From Gnetum montanum (Eukaryota > Plantae > Gnetophyta), in the NCBI GenBank assembly GCA_015680685.1, contig MNCI01003059.1:464859-528858 (forward strand): 64,000 bases of DNA, written 5' to 3'. The first letter of the stretch is position 1. Each line of letters begins with the position of its first letter. Shown piece after piece: positions 52,501 through 63,960 of this stretch. Made by a program: the position numbers and the translations under genes. The notes under the pieces were generated by a model. That model had not been told where the DNA came from. It was given only the letters and a program-made list of their open reading frames with translations, and did no database searches.

Positions 52501-55173
52501 CCAAGAAGGTAGCCATAGAGGCAGTTGAACCCCAAATTGAAGCAGATCATCAAGGAGGAAATAGAATAGCTCCTCAAGGTAGGGTTCATCTATCCTATTG
52601 TGGATAGTGAGTGGGTTAGCCCACTTGTAATTATGTCCAAGAAAAGAGGGAAGTGGTGGGTTTGCATTGATTTTAGGTTGTTAAATGTGGCAACATTTAA
52701 AGATCATTTTCCATTGTCATTTGTGGAGAAAGTGTTGGACACTATTTCTAGGCATTGCTATTATAGCTTCTTGGATGGTTATAGTGGCTATAACCAAATC
52801 CAAATTGTGCCAGAATATCAGGCCAAGACAACATTCATGAGTCCTTGGGGGACTTTTACATATTGTAAGATGCCATTTGGTCTATGCAATGCCCTTGCAA
52901 CATTTCAATGCTAGTTCCTTAGTATTTTCCAATAGAAAATTGGTAGCATGGTAGAGGTCTTAATGGATGGCTTCTATACCTATGGGGCTACATTTGAGCA
53001 AGCTTTGGATCACCTTGAGTAGGTTCTAAAAAGATGTGTTGAAACAAACCTTAGGCTCAATTGGTAGAAAAGCCATCTAATGATCTAGGAAGGCATAGTA
53101 CTGGGGCACAAAATTTCACAAGAAGAGATTGAGGTAGGCCCTACAAAGATAAGGGTCATCCAAGGAATTACATGCCAACTAGAGATAGTTAAAGATGTCT
53201 AATCATTCATTGGACACATTGGCTACTACTGGTGATTCATAGAAAATTTCTCTAAAGTTGCAAAATTGTTGGTCGAGCTTATGAATAAAGATGCTCCATT
53301 CATCTGGACTAAGGAATGTGAACATGCATTCCAACAATTAAAAGATAAACTCATAGAAACTCCAAGTCTACAAGCACTAGACTAGTCTAGACCATTTTAC
53401 ATAATGACAAATGCATCTAATTATGACTTGGTTGTCGTGCTTATGTAGTTGGATGATAAGAAATTTCCATATTACATACACTAAGTGAGTTGAAGCATTG
53501 TGGATGCACAGTTAAATTACATCACAACTGAGAAAGAATTAATGGTAGTGGTGTATGCTCTTGAAAAATTCAGGCACTATGTGCTTGATTATAAGGTGTT
53601 TGTGCATATAGCCCACAATGCCATTCACTTCCTAATGAACAAACCAATGGTAAGTCCCTGTATCATATGGTGGCTCATGATCTTGTAGGAATTCAATCTC
53701 ATTATGGTAGATTAGAAAGGAATTAAGAACGTGATTGCTGGCCACCTCTCTTGATTAAGATGAGATAATAAGGAGGAGAAGCTTCTCTTTAATCAATTTC
53801 CAAATAAAATCCTCTTTACAAGAGCAATCAATGACCAAGTGCCCATTAAAAAAAATGGTACGATGACATCCTCACTTACCTTCTCACTCAGGAGATGCCA
53901 CAAGGTCTAGACTTTAGGAAGAAATAATAGTTTCTTTATTAGGCAAAGTACTTCATGGAAATCAACGGACACCTTTACAAGATGTGTGTCGATGGCCTAG
54001 TTCATTGGTGTGTCTCTGATGCAGATCAATTATGCATTCTCCAAGGATGCTCATGAAGGGTCTTGTGGAGGCCATTATGCAGGGAGACATATGGCCATAA
54101 AAATCCAGGTGGCAAGATACTATTAGCCTACAATCTTTAGGGATGCCTACCAATTTGTTTGATCTTGTGAGAGTTGTCAACGAGATGGTGGGATGACTAC
54201 TTGAATGGAGGGTCCTTAACAGTGGATTCAACCACTAGAGCCCTTTAACATATGGGGCATTGACTTCATGGGTTTCATCACATCCATGTCCAATGAAAAG
54301 GCATATATCATTGTAGTAATCAACTACTACACAAAATGGGCAAAAGCAATAGCTATTACCGATTATACATCATCCACTACTTCTAGATTCTTACAACAAA
54401 ATGTTATAAACAAGTTTGGGGTGCCACATGCACTAATTTCTGACAATGGAACTTAATTTATAGGTGCCACCTTTTGAAAACTTATGCAACGCTTTGGGGT
54501 AGAACATTAATTAACAACACCCTATCACCCTGAAGCCAACGGTTAAGTAGAGGTAACTAACAGGAAGATTACAAAGATCCTAACAAGGACCATAAGCAAA
54601 TATAGGAGAGATTGGAGCACAAAACTCAATGATTCCCACTAGGCCTATTGCTCAACATGAAAAATTCTTATTGGCTACTCTTCCTATGAGCTAGTGTATG
54701 AAAAAATTCCAACACTCTTGATTCAATCTGAGCTCTATACACTCTTAATAGCTTGTGATCAGAATCTTGACCTAAGTCTAGCACAAAAGGAAAGACTAAT
54801 CAACCTCAATATGCTCAACAAAAACCAACTAGTGGCCCTATATTTGAATGAGGTGCATAAGGCATTTAACAAGCAACATCATGACCTTAAAATATGGAAA
54901 GTGAAATTTCAACTAGGAGATAAGGTTCTGTACTGGAACCCCACACACATATCCTAGAAAACAAAGTTCCAAACTTTGTGGAAGGGACCTTATATAATTG
55001 ATCAAACCTTTTCCTCTGGTGCCATGTTGATCTACAAACCTAAGAACCCACATAGAAAGCAGTTGGTCAACATCCAAGAAGTGAAACCTTTCCTAGAGCC
55101 AAGAGAAGTCATTACAACTACCACCTCAATGGATGGACAACCATGCTCCATTTTCTACATCTCTTCCCTTTAA
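49546..55173 (+). pseudogene. gag-pol of element E
   Basis: PR KALLNSGSSVNL...IIMGRTWL; RT WVSPLVIMSKK...VCIDFRLLN...FLDGYSGYNQI...MPFGLCNA; RH YITTEKELMVVVYALEKFRHY; INT YYTKWAKA...LISDNGT; WKGPY. Confidence 0.9.
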
Positions 55174-56679
55174 CATAGTTGTGGGGGAGATGACCATTCA
55201 TGCTAACCATCCACATGGCTCCTCAATTTTTCACTTTTTGTTTTACACATTTTTGTTTTACACTTTGTTGATTTTTATTCATTTTTTTGATTTTTGTTTT
55301 ACAACATCGTTAGTATGTTTTATCTTTCTTGAATATTTTATACTTTTTCCTATATTTTACTTTATTATGTTTCTATGTGTTACTTTTCATTATTTTTGAT
55401 AATAAAAGTGCTTTATTACCATAGGACACAGTGCCACTGTTGTTGTTTACTAATGATAGTTTGTGCTTGATGTTTTGATTATCAATGTCTAGTTTCTATT
55501 TTTGAATTTTGGTGTCTGATAACTATGACATGGTTTATTTTTCATGGAATAGGTAGTGAGTCCACAACATCCACTCATTTACAAACTGTATGGTTTTCCT
55601 TGTTTTGGAAGTTTGAGATCCCTTCCATTAAAGAAAATTTTAATAAATTGGTGACCTTGGTAGTTTTCAGAATTTGGAAGGATTCAAAAGTTTGTACAAG
55701 GTATGACTTCAAGGGGACTCAATACTCTTTGTACTCTTCTACTCACTTGGGTGCCTGAGTGTTTTCATTGACTACTTACTATTCCATGTTCCAATAACAA
55801 GAAGTCAAATAAAGACTTTGCATGGTGTGGTTTCCATAAAACAAAAACATAATGGTAATTCAAGCACATCCCTTAGACAAATAAATAGGCTACAAGCACT
55901 AGTTATGAGACTAGAAAGACATGTTACCCATGCTTGAAGGTCCTCTCTAGATAAAGCCCTATCTCACTTCCTACTTGTCTTTTTTTCTCTTTGTGGAATG
56001 CTGGTTGTTTTATGGGTGCACTCTTATGTCTTGAGGTGGTGAATCCGTCTTGGAATGATGATGCAAAGTCACTAAAAGAGGCTAGTTTTGGTTTAGACTA
56101 AGGATGGATCTTCTCATGTCATTTTAAACACAAACTTCACAAGGGACTTCTTATGACCTCAATTCGGGATTACATCAGACTTCTTAGTCATCCATCTATG
56201 CTTCCATAACTCACCTCACTATTGGTTTGTATGTTGTGCTAGATGTCTTAGTTTGCTGTGTTGGAATTCTTGGATAGATTCTTCTAGGTTGGTCCTTAAC
56301 TTTTCATGATCATTAATCAACTATGGGGCTCATGGACTCCTTAGTTGAGGTTATGCAAGGACAAAAAGGGCATGTGCCTACTATGGGAAGGGCCCACTTG
56401 CATATCTCTTGGTTTAGGTAGTTAAGTCCCTTACCTTAGACATTACTATAATCCTATCTTTTGCATATTCCATTGTGTATCTTGCAAAGTGCTCCTTATA
56501 CTTTCATTAAATTCATTCTTGAAACCATTTTCTCAATTTTTTGAACTCCAATACCCTTTTCTACTATTTTCATCATGTTCGTGGTTTTTTGGGCTTTCAT
56601 TTGATTACAATTTCACTCAAAAACTCCTTGTATTTTGAAAGTTTGACGAAATTCAACAAAAGTCAACAATGGAAATAGT

Positions 56680-57218
56680 TGCGTCAACTAGGCCTAGTTA
56701 ATGCAGCCAACCCCTTCAATGGGGCTGTAGCCAACCCTGTTGATGGGGACCCATCAACATAGGTCAAAAATCCTATAAATACTGCTACAAACTTAGAAGT
56801 TTTTAACATTTACTTCATAATAAGAGGAGAATTTTTGCCATTTTTTAGAGCCCATAACTTCCCAACCATTTATCCAAATCACTTTGTTCTTTGATCTTGT
56901 AGTTATCAGAGGTAAGCTCTTCATCATGGGGATTGCAAATCCTAAGGCTTTCGATGAATTTTTTTGAAAATTTTTCTAACTACCCCAAAGGGTTAATAAA
57001 TACAATGATATGAAACCATTAAATTTTGAGAGTTAACCCTTCCAACAACCTCCAGAATGACTTATTAACATTAAAACATAAATAAAATTATGATTAAAAT
57101 TAATCAAATTAGCCATAATTGCAACTTATCCAAGTGTAACTATCCTAAGGACATAAGATATCCCAATTGTTTCATGTTACACAACAATTGCTAACCCATG
57201 GTCATGTTGTGATTACAG
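56680..57218 (+). promoter_or_regulatory. Internal promoter and 5' UTR intron for the element E accessory ORF
   Basis: Decayed CGTCGACG-type palindromes at 56680-56763 and TATAAAT at 56774. Donor GAG|GTAAGC at 56912, branch gctaac ~57190, acceptor TTACAG|ATG at 57218/57219. Confidence 0.6.
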
Positions 57219-58870
57219 ATGGTGCGAAGACTAAAACGACTATAGGAGTGAGGACCCTCTCAACCAAGGAAGAAATGGCATAGATCTATAAGAACAAGCC
57301 CAAGAGCTCTAGAGGAAACCCATGTAATGGAACCTCTTTGAGAGGAGCCTAAGGTGGAATTTTTTTGACAGATTCCTAAAGAAGAAGTTCCAATAGAATA
57401 ATTGTAGCAAGGGGAAGCACTAGGACCCATACCAAGGCTTGAAGTCACATTAACACAAGCCTGCCTCGACACCATCAAGCCTCATGATATCTAGCACTTA
57501 GTTCTCTAGGAACTAAACTTTAGGCCATTTTAGAGCATGCTTTAGTAGAGGTGAAAACACAATTGCAAACTTCTTCCAAGTGGCCAATCATCACTTCCAG
57601 TGGTGAGTGGTACATGGGAGAGATGTACCTCTTCTAGAACAATAAAAGGGCAAGCTCTACAATGAAGATTAAGGATATTCAAGTGTTCTACTCAACTAAA
57701 GTTATCGCATAGGCACTTGGGTTACTTGATATCATGACACAACTAGCAGAGCTGTTAATGCAAGCTAACCCTGAGGCTAAAAAGAAGTGGCCTAGTGGTG
57801 TTACAGGGCTAACTGTAAGGAGTTCAATGTGCTCACATCGGCGGAGCACATATACTTTAAAATAGCAACCTATTACCTCAATCTAATGGTGAGGCCTAGT
57901 AAGGTGACTACCTTTTTTGCCCAAGAATACACCATTCAAAGTGGGAGATTTCCAACAAACCTTCCATAATTGATCTATTTAGAGATCAAGAAGCACTTCA
58001 AAGAAAATGAACATGGAAGGAAAACCCTATCTTTTCTATGCCTTATTCAGAAACTTTAGAAAAGGGTAAGGATTATCTGATATGCAAATGACACAATTAG
58101 GCATGCTCCTTTGGCCTTGTGATCTGAAATGTTAGAGGACAAGACACCTGTTGTGACTAAAAAAAGGTAGTAGTTGCCACCTCCACCACCTACACAAGAA
58201 ACAACGTTAGATGCACATGTAGCTATTGAGCACTTGCATGAAATCTGAGAACAGCTCTTATGTGAGCAAGAGTAACAAGTAGGAACGAGTGGTGGAGATT
58301 CATCTGCATATTGACTTGCAATGAGTCACCTTAATGAGGTGGCTCAGACAATTAGCTAGATGGAAAGAGGTGGATTGATATTTTTTGTCCAATGAACGTA
58401 GTTTTCCCTAAGGTTGGATCCCAATGCTCAAGAGGTAATGGTGTCTTTATCTCAACACCATTTATTCTCAGAGATCTCTAGGAATGCCACCTTCTTTTCA
58501 ATGTTGTTAAAGGAAGGTGAGTGGGCAATTGTATTGGTGATGTAGCACCAAGAATAGGAAACAACTACTAAAGTTGTTGCTGATCGAAATGTTGAAGTGC
58601 TCAATGCACCTACAACATCTGTATCAGGCGTATTTGCACTTCAAGATGTGCAGATGTCTGCAGGCATGGTCAAAAAAAAAATTGAGTGTAGCCTAACACA
58701 AAGAGTTACTGGATCGACTGGTGGGTATCGAGCAACCGATTCTCGATATCTTCAATTTTTTGGATAACATTACTGCAACCTAGTTAGAGCTATTGGAAGC
58801 AAAGTGTAAGTGCATCATCCTAAAAGGGCAACTTGAAACAGCCTAAGCACAAAACTAATGCTTGGCCATG
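57219..58870 (+). pseudogene. Accessory ORF of element E (homolog of the element D accessory ORF), 3' truncated
   Basis: ELNFRPF/LEHALVEVKTQLQTSSKWPII...VFYSTKVIA*ALG...NLP*LIYLEIKKHF...LSFLCLIQKL aligns with the element D fragments. Confidence 0.7.
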
Positions 58871-59342
58871 AAAGTTGCTAAACTGTGTGCCTGTTTTGCT
58901 GATCCCACACTTCCAATATTGCTCTTCTTCAATATCACCACTTCCTTTGTAGCTTTCCTTCATCGTCGTTGTAGCTTTTTTCTCCACCGCTGTTGGATTC
59001 CAGCACCATTATAGTGCTTTGCTCTGCTGCTGTTCTGTTCATTATTGTTATTGACGGACGCTTGCAGTCTTGTCATTGTATAGTGGTCGAACCCTCATGT
59101 CCACTGAACAAACGTGAGGGCTTTCCTAAACCCTATACTTCTTTAGCTCTGCCAAAAGATCTGACTTCATGACTGATCACTATTTTAAAAACTATTTGTA
59201 ATAGATGCTAGTATCACTTTCCACCCCTATCTTGACCAGTATGAGTGGGGCCCATTCTTTTTTTTTTTTTATCTTTTTTTTAAAAGCTTGTACTAACATG
59301 CTCATCTCCTTGCCTTAGCTTCACCTACCTAGCCGCATTGCC

Positions 59343-59388
59343 TTAGCACATTGAAGAGGGGTGCAAGTCCCGAAAATGTTTTGTGTAA
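59343..59388 (+). ncRNA. Hammerhead ribozyme copy 1 (type I minimal; C3>T mutated)
   Basis: ttagcaca-TTGAAGA-gggg tgcaag tccc-GAAA-atgttt-tgtgtaa; stems I and II pair. Confidence 0.75.
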
Positions 59389-60053
59389 CAACTAACGTTG
59401 TGCAATGTCATGAGCTTTTCCTTCGCTGCATTACCATTTCTTTGCCAAGCCACATGAGATCCATTCAAAATTTTGTAAGTCCTAAAATTTTTTAAGTTTA
59501 AAAATTTGAGGAATGAATGAAAGATTGTGGTGTCATTCCTCCAAATTTCTCTGCAATGCAACCTGCGGCAAAATGCCCAGAAAAGGCAAAATTGTGGCAC
59601 GCTACATTAGTTTACTGTTTTGCAGTTGTAGGGTGCTACTGAAACCTGACTTAGTGGTTGTGGAGCTCATCGACATCCTGTTTTGCATCGACTGTAGTTT
59701 TTTCTAGCAGCAGCAGGCATTGGGTTCTCAGCCTAACGTCAATCTGCTGCAACAACCTCAATCTTCACGGTGACAAAAATGGCAAAAACAGTGAGATAAT
59801 TTTCAACACACCAGCAGAATAATTAGAAAAATCGACAACAACAGTCTTTTCTTTTTAAAAAACTAGCAGAATCAACAATAGCGATAGTTAAACCCTAGAT
59901 CCATGTCACGGCAGGGAGATTGCGGTGGTAGATCTGCAAATGGCGGTGATTTTCTTGTTAATCGCAGTGGTTTTTCTTGCGCTGATTCGTGTTAGGGGCC
60001 CTAATCTGCGAGAGGGTTTGGGCTTTTTTTAGAGTTTGGAGGGTTTTTCTAGC

Positions 60054-62717
60054 ATGCGTGGCAGTGTGCGTGACTCTCGAGGAGGTGGCTGGCATGATGG
60101 CCGAGGAAACATGCAGGGTGGTCGAGGTAGCTCGCAAGGTGCATGAATTGGAGCACAAGGAAGCGCATGAGCACAACATTGACTGCACCTGCATCATAAA
60201 ACAAGTGTTGCCCGCGGCAGCAACTCTAACGACGGTGCTCAGACTTTCTCCAACCGTGGTGCCCAATCCTTCAACGGTGGTGGATTCAGCCGTGGTGGTA
60301 GCTTCAGACGCAGCAACGGCGGTAGTAGGGTCAGCCGCTTTGATCTCAGAAATGACGGCAATTGTCAGGATTTTCAGAGATCGTGTTAGGGCAGCAGTGC
60401 TTTAAACTATGGTTTAAGCAATAATGTAAATGATGATGTTGTAAATAACTGAGGGCTAAATGAAAATTTAAACTTGAAGTGCCCCGCTCGTACCAATTCA
60501 CCACCGGCCAGGCCCCACCCTCAAACACTAAATCAAGACCCTCCACCACATCCCAACACATCTACAACCCATCTGCCCCCTTCATCCACTCCTTTTCATT
60601 TTGTAGCGACTTCAACCTCCACTCCAGTTGCCTCTCGGCCATTAACTGTAGTCTGTGCCCCAAACAACCCCCTGCCAAATCTCTTTTTTGCACTATTTAC
60701 ACCACTACCTGAACACCACCTGCTGAAATTTGCATCGTTTATTTAGAACTTCTTCCATGATTGCGTTTAAATTTTCGGTTGCCTACCATCAACCAAACTT
60801 TGTACGCACGTTTGCTCTTTGTGCGTAAAATAGTTCGTGAAATTGAAAATCACATCTTTAATCTTGTGATCCATAACTTTTTATCACGCTCTCTTTTAGC
60901 AAACGAAATTAAAGTTCTAGGCTTTGGACTTAAATTCATCCCTGGGCTCCTTCCATGGATTGAAACTCCATTCTTAAAGAATTCACTGCTTTTGCTCAGC
61001 TTTTTCAACTTGAGAATTTCTTTAAAAATAAACCTAAAGATACATTTTCATCTTCACCATTTATTATATCAACTCAGATTCCTAAAATAAAATTTTGCTA
61101 TTGTAATAATTGGAATCCTCTAATTAGTAGTTTCAATCTCGAGCTCAAAAATTGCATTCGCAATTACCTTGCTTCCCTTAAAGCTACACTCTCCTCTCTT
61201 GATTTCAGCCACTGACAACCTCTTCTTTGTCTTCTTAGAGCACTTCAAGAACTTCAAAAAGACACAAGCATCATCATTCGATCTGTAGATAAAAATCTTG
61301 GAGTTTGTGTTCTGGATTCCTCTTAGTATCTTAAAGAAGCAACCAGGCAAGTTTCAGATTTAGATATTTATTTGCATGTGAATTCTATTCCATAAGATGA
61401 TCTTTGTCGTTAATTCTTTTTCATCATCAACCGTTTCCCACAGGTTTTTAAAAATTTTAAGGATTCATTGCTTCAATACAAGGCCCCTAAACCTTGTAAT
61501 TTTTATTTAATCCTTAAAATTCACAAACCTGTAATGGTGGCTGCCCAATTTGCTCCTACACAGGTTATGTGCTTGAATTCGCCTCTCACATCCTTCATTA
61601 TTTGCTATTTTTTATCCTTTTTCCCAACCATATCATTTTCAGGATTCCTCTACCTTGATCCATGATCTCCATTTAAGAGTTCTACCTCTTAATATACTTT
61701 TGTTTACATTTGATGTAGAATCTCTTTACCCCAACATCTCCACTGATCATAACATTGTTGCCCTTAAAGATATGGTTAAAACATATTTTTCTACAAACCC
61801 ATTCTCCTTGCAGAATCTCTATATCAACGCCATTCTGGAGCTCGTTTCATTGGTGGTTTGAAAGCACTATTTGGAATTCAATGAAGTACAATATAAATAG
61901 ATTAGAGGCATCGCAATAGGTAGAAATTTTGCTATTTTCTACGCATGTCTTTTTCTGTGCCATCTTGAAAGACAAGTTTTCAATACTTTTGATTCCCAAA
62001 ATCTTTTGTATTTCAAAAGAGTTATTGATGATGCTTTTGACATCTGGAATGAATTTGAAGATTCTCTTTTTTTCCTTTTTTCCTGATATTGTAATTTTTA
62101 TCCATTAATCAACATTACCCCTACCATTTCTAATTCTATAGTTAATATTTTGGATGTCACTTTCTTCAAGGGACCTCATTTTGTTAAAACTGGTATCCTT
62201 TCTACTAAGTGTTATCAGAAACTCTTGAATGCATATCAGTACATCCCTTTCTCCTCATGGCATCCATTTTATTAGAAGAAAGCATTCATTATTGTAGAAC
62301 TTAAACAATAACTCAGTAGGGAATTATGTTTTGACGATCTTTAGTAGATTCAGTGACAACTCTTCTGATGACTTCATGCTTGAGGATATCCTTCTCACCT
62401 ACTGCTTAAATGCTTCAACCTTGTTCCTGTTGCTTTTTGCTGATCACTTCTGGTTAGACTTCAACAAAGTAATGACGTTTATGTTAGGAAATGGACCCTT
62501 CTCATCTTCAAATTGGATTTTAGTACTTCTATTAAATCCTTGAACGTGAGGGCCCTCCTAAGCCCTATACTTGATTAGCTTCGCCAAAAAGATCTGACTT
62601 TCCAGAACATCATTATAGATGTGGTGACTTGTTTGTTGAAATCCTAAAAAGCTACGTTTATTCCTTGTTAAGAATAGATTCAAGTGCTTCGTCTCACCCC
62701 CACTTCAGCTTGAATGA
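60054..62717 (+). pseudogene. Penelope-like reverse transcriptase ORF with RGG-rich N-terminus; no GIY-YIG domain detected
   Basis: IHNFLSRSLLANEIKVLGFGLKFIP (PLE N-terminal motif), DKNLG, FYLILKIHKP, FDVESLYPNI (~61709), GIAIGRNFA (~61907), FKRVIDDAF (~62012), NILDVTF, YQYIPFSSWHP, LHA*GYP. Stops and frameshifts are present. Confidence 0.88.
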
Positions 62718-63109
62718 GTGGGGCCCAATTAAATTTTTAGTTTGCTTCCAATTTTAGATTTTCTAAGTTGGGACATTATAAATCAAGCACTTGTGCTCTT
62801 GACTTTGCCCATGTAAGCTTAAGATAAGAATTCTTGAAAATGTTTTATATTTTAGCTTTACTTGGTTAATGTCAATTTGAGCTTTCTTTTTTTTTTCTAA
62901 TTTTTTTCCTCGTCTGCTTTTCTATTTTGTATTTTCATTAGTTGAACAAGATCCCAACAAAATTTTTTCAAACAAATTTTTTTTTTCAAACCCAAAATTA
63001 TTTCTTTTTTTGTTTTATCTTTTTTTTTTAAGTTGAGAACCTATAAATTCATTGTATTGGCATGCTCATCTCCTTACCTTTATAGCTTTGGCTACTTGGC
63101 CGCATTGCC

Positions 63110-63156
63110 TTAGCACACTGAAGAGGGGTGTAAGTCCTCGAAAACATTTTGTGTAA
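63110..63156 (+). ncRNA. Hammerhead ribozyme copy 2 (type I minimal; core intact)
   Basis: ttagcaca-CTGAAGA-gggg tgtaagt cctc-GAAA-acattt-tgtgtaa; stem I is extended by gcattgc/gcaatgc. Confidence 0.85.
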
Positions 63157-63960
63157 CTAACGTTGTGCAATGCCATGAGCGTTTCAGTTTTTTAGCTTCT
63201 CCTTTGCTGCATTACCATTCCTTTCCCAAGCTGCACAAGATCCATTCAAAATTTTTTAAGTCCTAAAATTTCTCTTTGTCTTGCTACCTTCAAAAGGTTG
63301 AACTCTGCATGCTAGGCAACTACTATTTTCTGGATTCTAACCATTTTCATTTTTTTTTGTTTTTGGTTAGACATATCCTTTGTAGGTTCATCACGATTGA
63401 TTCTCATTGCTAGACTTTGCGGACCATGACATGATGCTACATCTAGTCCCATGTCTTGGGAAACTACCCGGCTTATGTGGATCCTTTTGGTTGTGGTTCT
63501 TTCGATACCACTCTTCTTCAGTATCACCACTTCCTTTGCAACTTTCCTTCAGTGTTGTTGTAGCTTTTTTCTCTGCCACTGTTGGATCCCAGCATCGTTG
63601 TCGCTCTCTGCTTCACTGCTGTTGATGGCTTCCATTCGTTGTTGTTGTCGATGGATGCCTGCGATCTTGTCATCGTATAGTGGTTGGACCCCTCATGTCC
63701 ATTGAACAAACATGAAGGCCTTCCTAAACCCTATACTTCTTCGACTTTGCCAAAAGATCCAACTTCATGACTAATCACCATTTGAAAATTTTTTTGTATT
63801 AGATGCTAGTACCACTTCCCATCCCCATCTCGGCCAATACGAGTGGGGCCTGTTCTTTTTTTGTTTTATCTTTTTTTTTGAAGTTGGGAGCCTATAAATT
63901 CATTGTACTGGCATGCTTATCTCCTTGCCTCTGTAGTTTCGAATGCCTAGCTACATTGCC

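Larger units (their letters stand above)
48506..58880 (+). mobile_element. Athila-like Ty3/gypsy (element E): 5' LTR to accessory ORF, interrupted by the PLE array
   Basis: LTR 48506-49394 (tgatgcg...ctcatca; U5 matches the family A LTR). PBS tagtgccattgctagggac at 49396-49414. gag, PR, RT, RH and INT follow in order. Confidence 0.9.

Noticed and set aside
59124-59136. CCTAAACCCTA telomere-like match in PLE units (also ~63723), and CCTAAA at the unit ends
   Set aside because: Only 6-11 nt. The longer match lies in sequence homologous to the RT ORF end, where it reads cctaagcccta (~62557). Too weak to claim telomere priming.
59989-60405. 138-aa Val/Ala-rich ORF
   Set aside because: Probably the shadow frame of the GGT/CGT-rich RGG-coding frame that starts at 60054.
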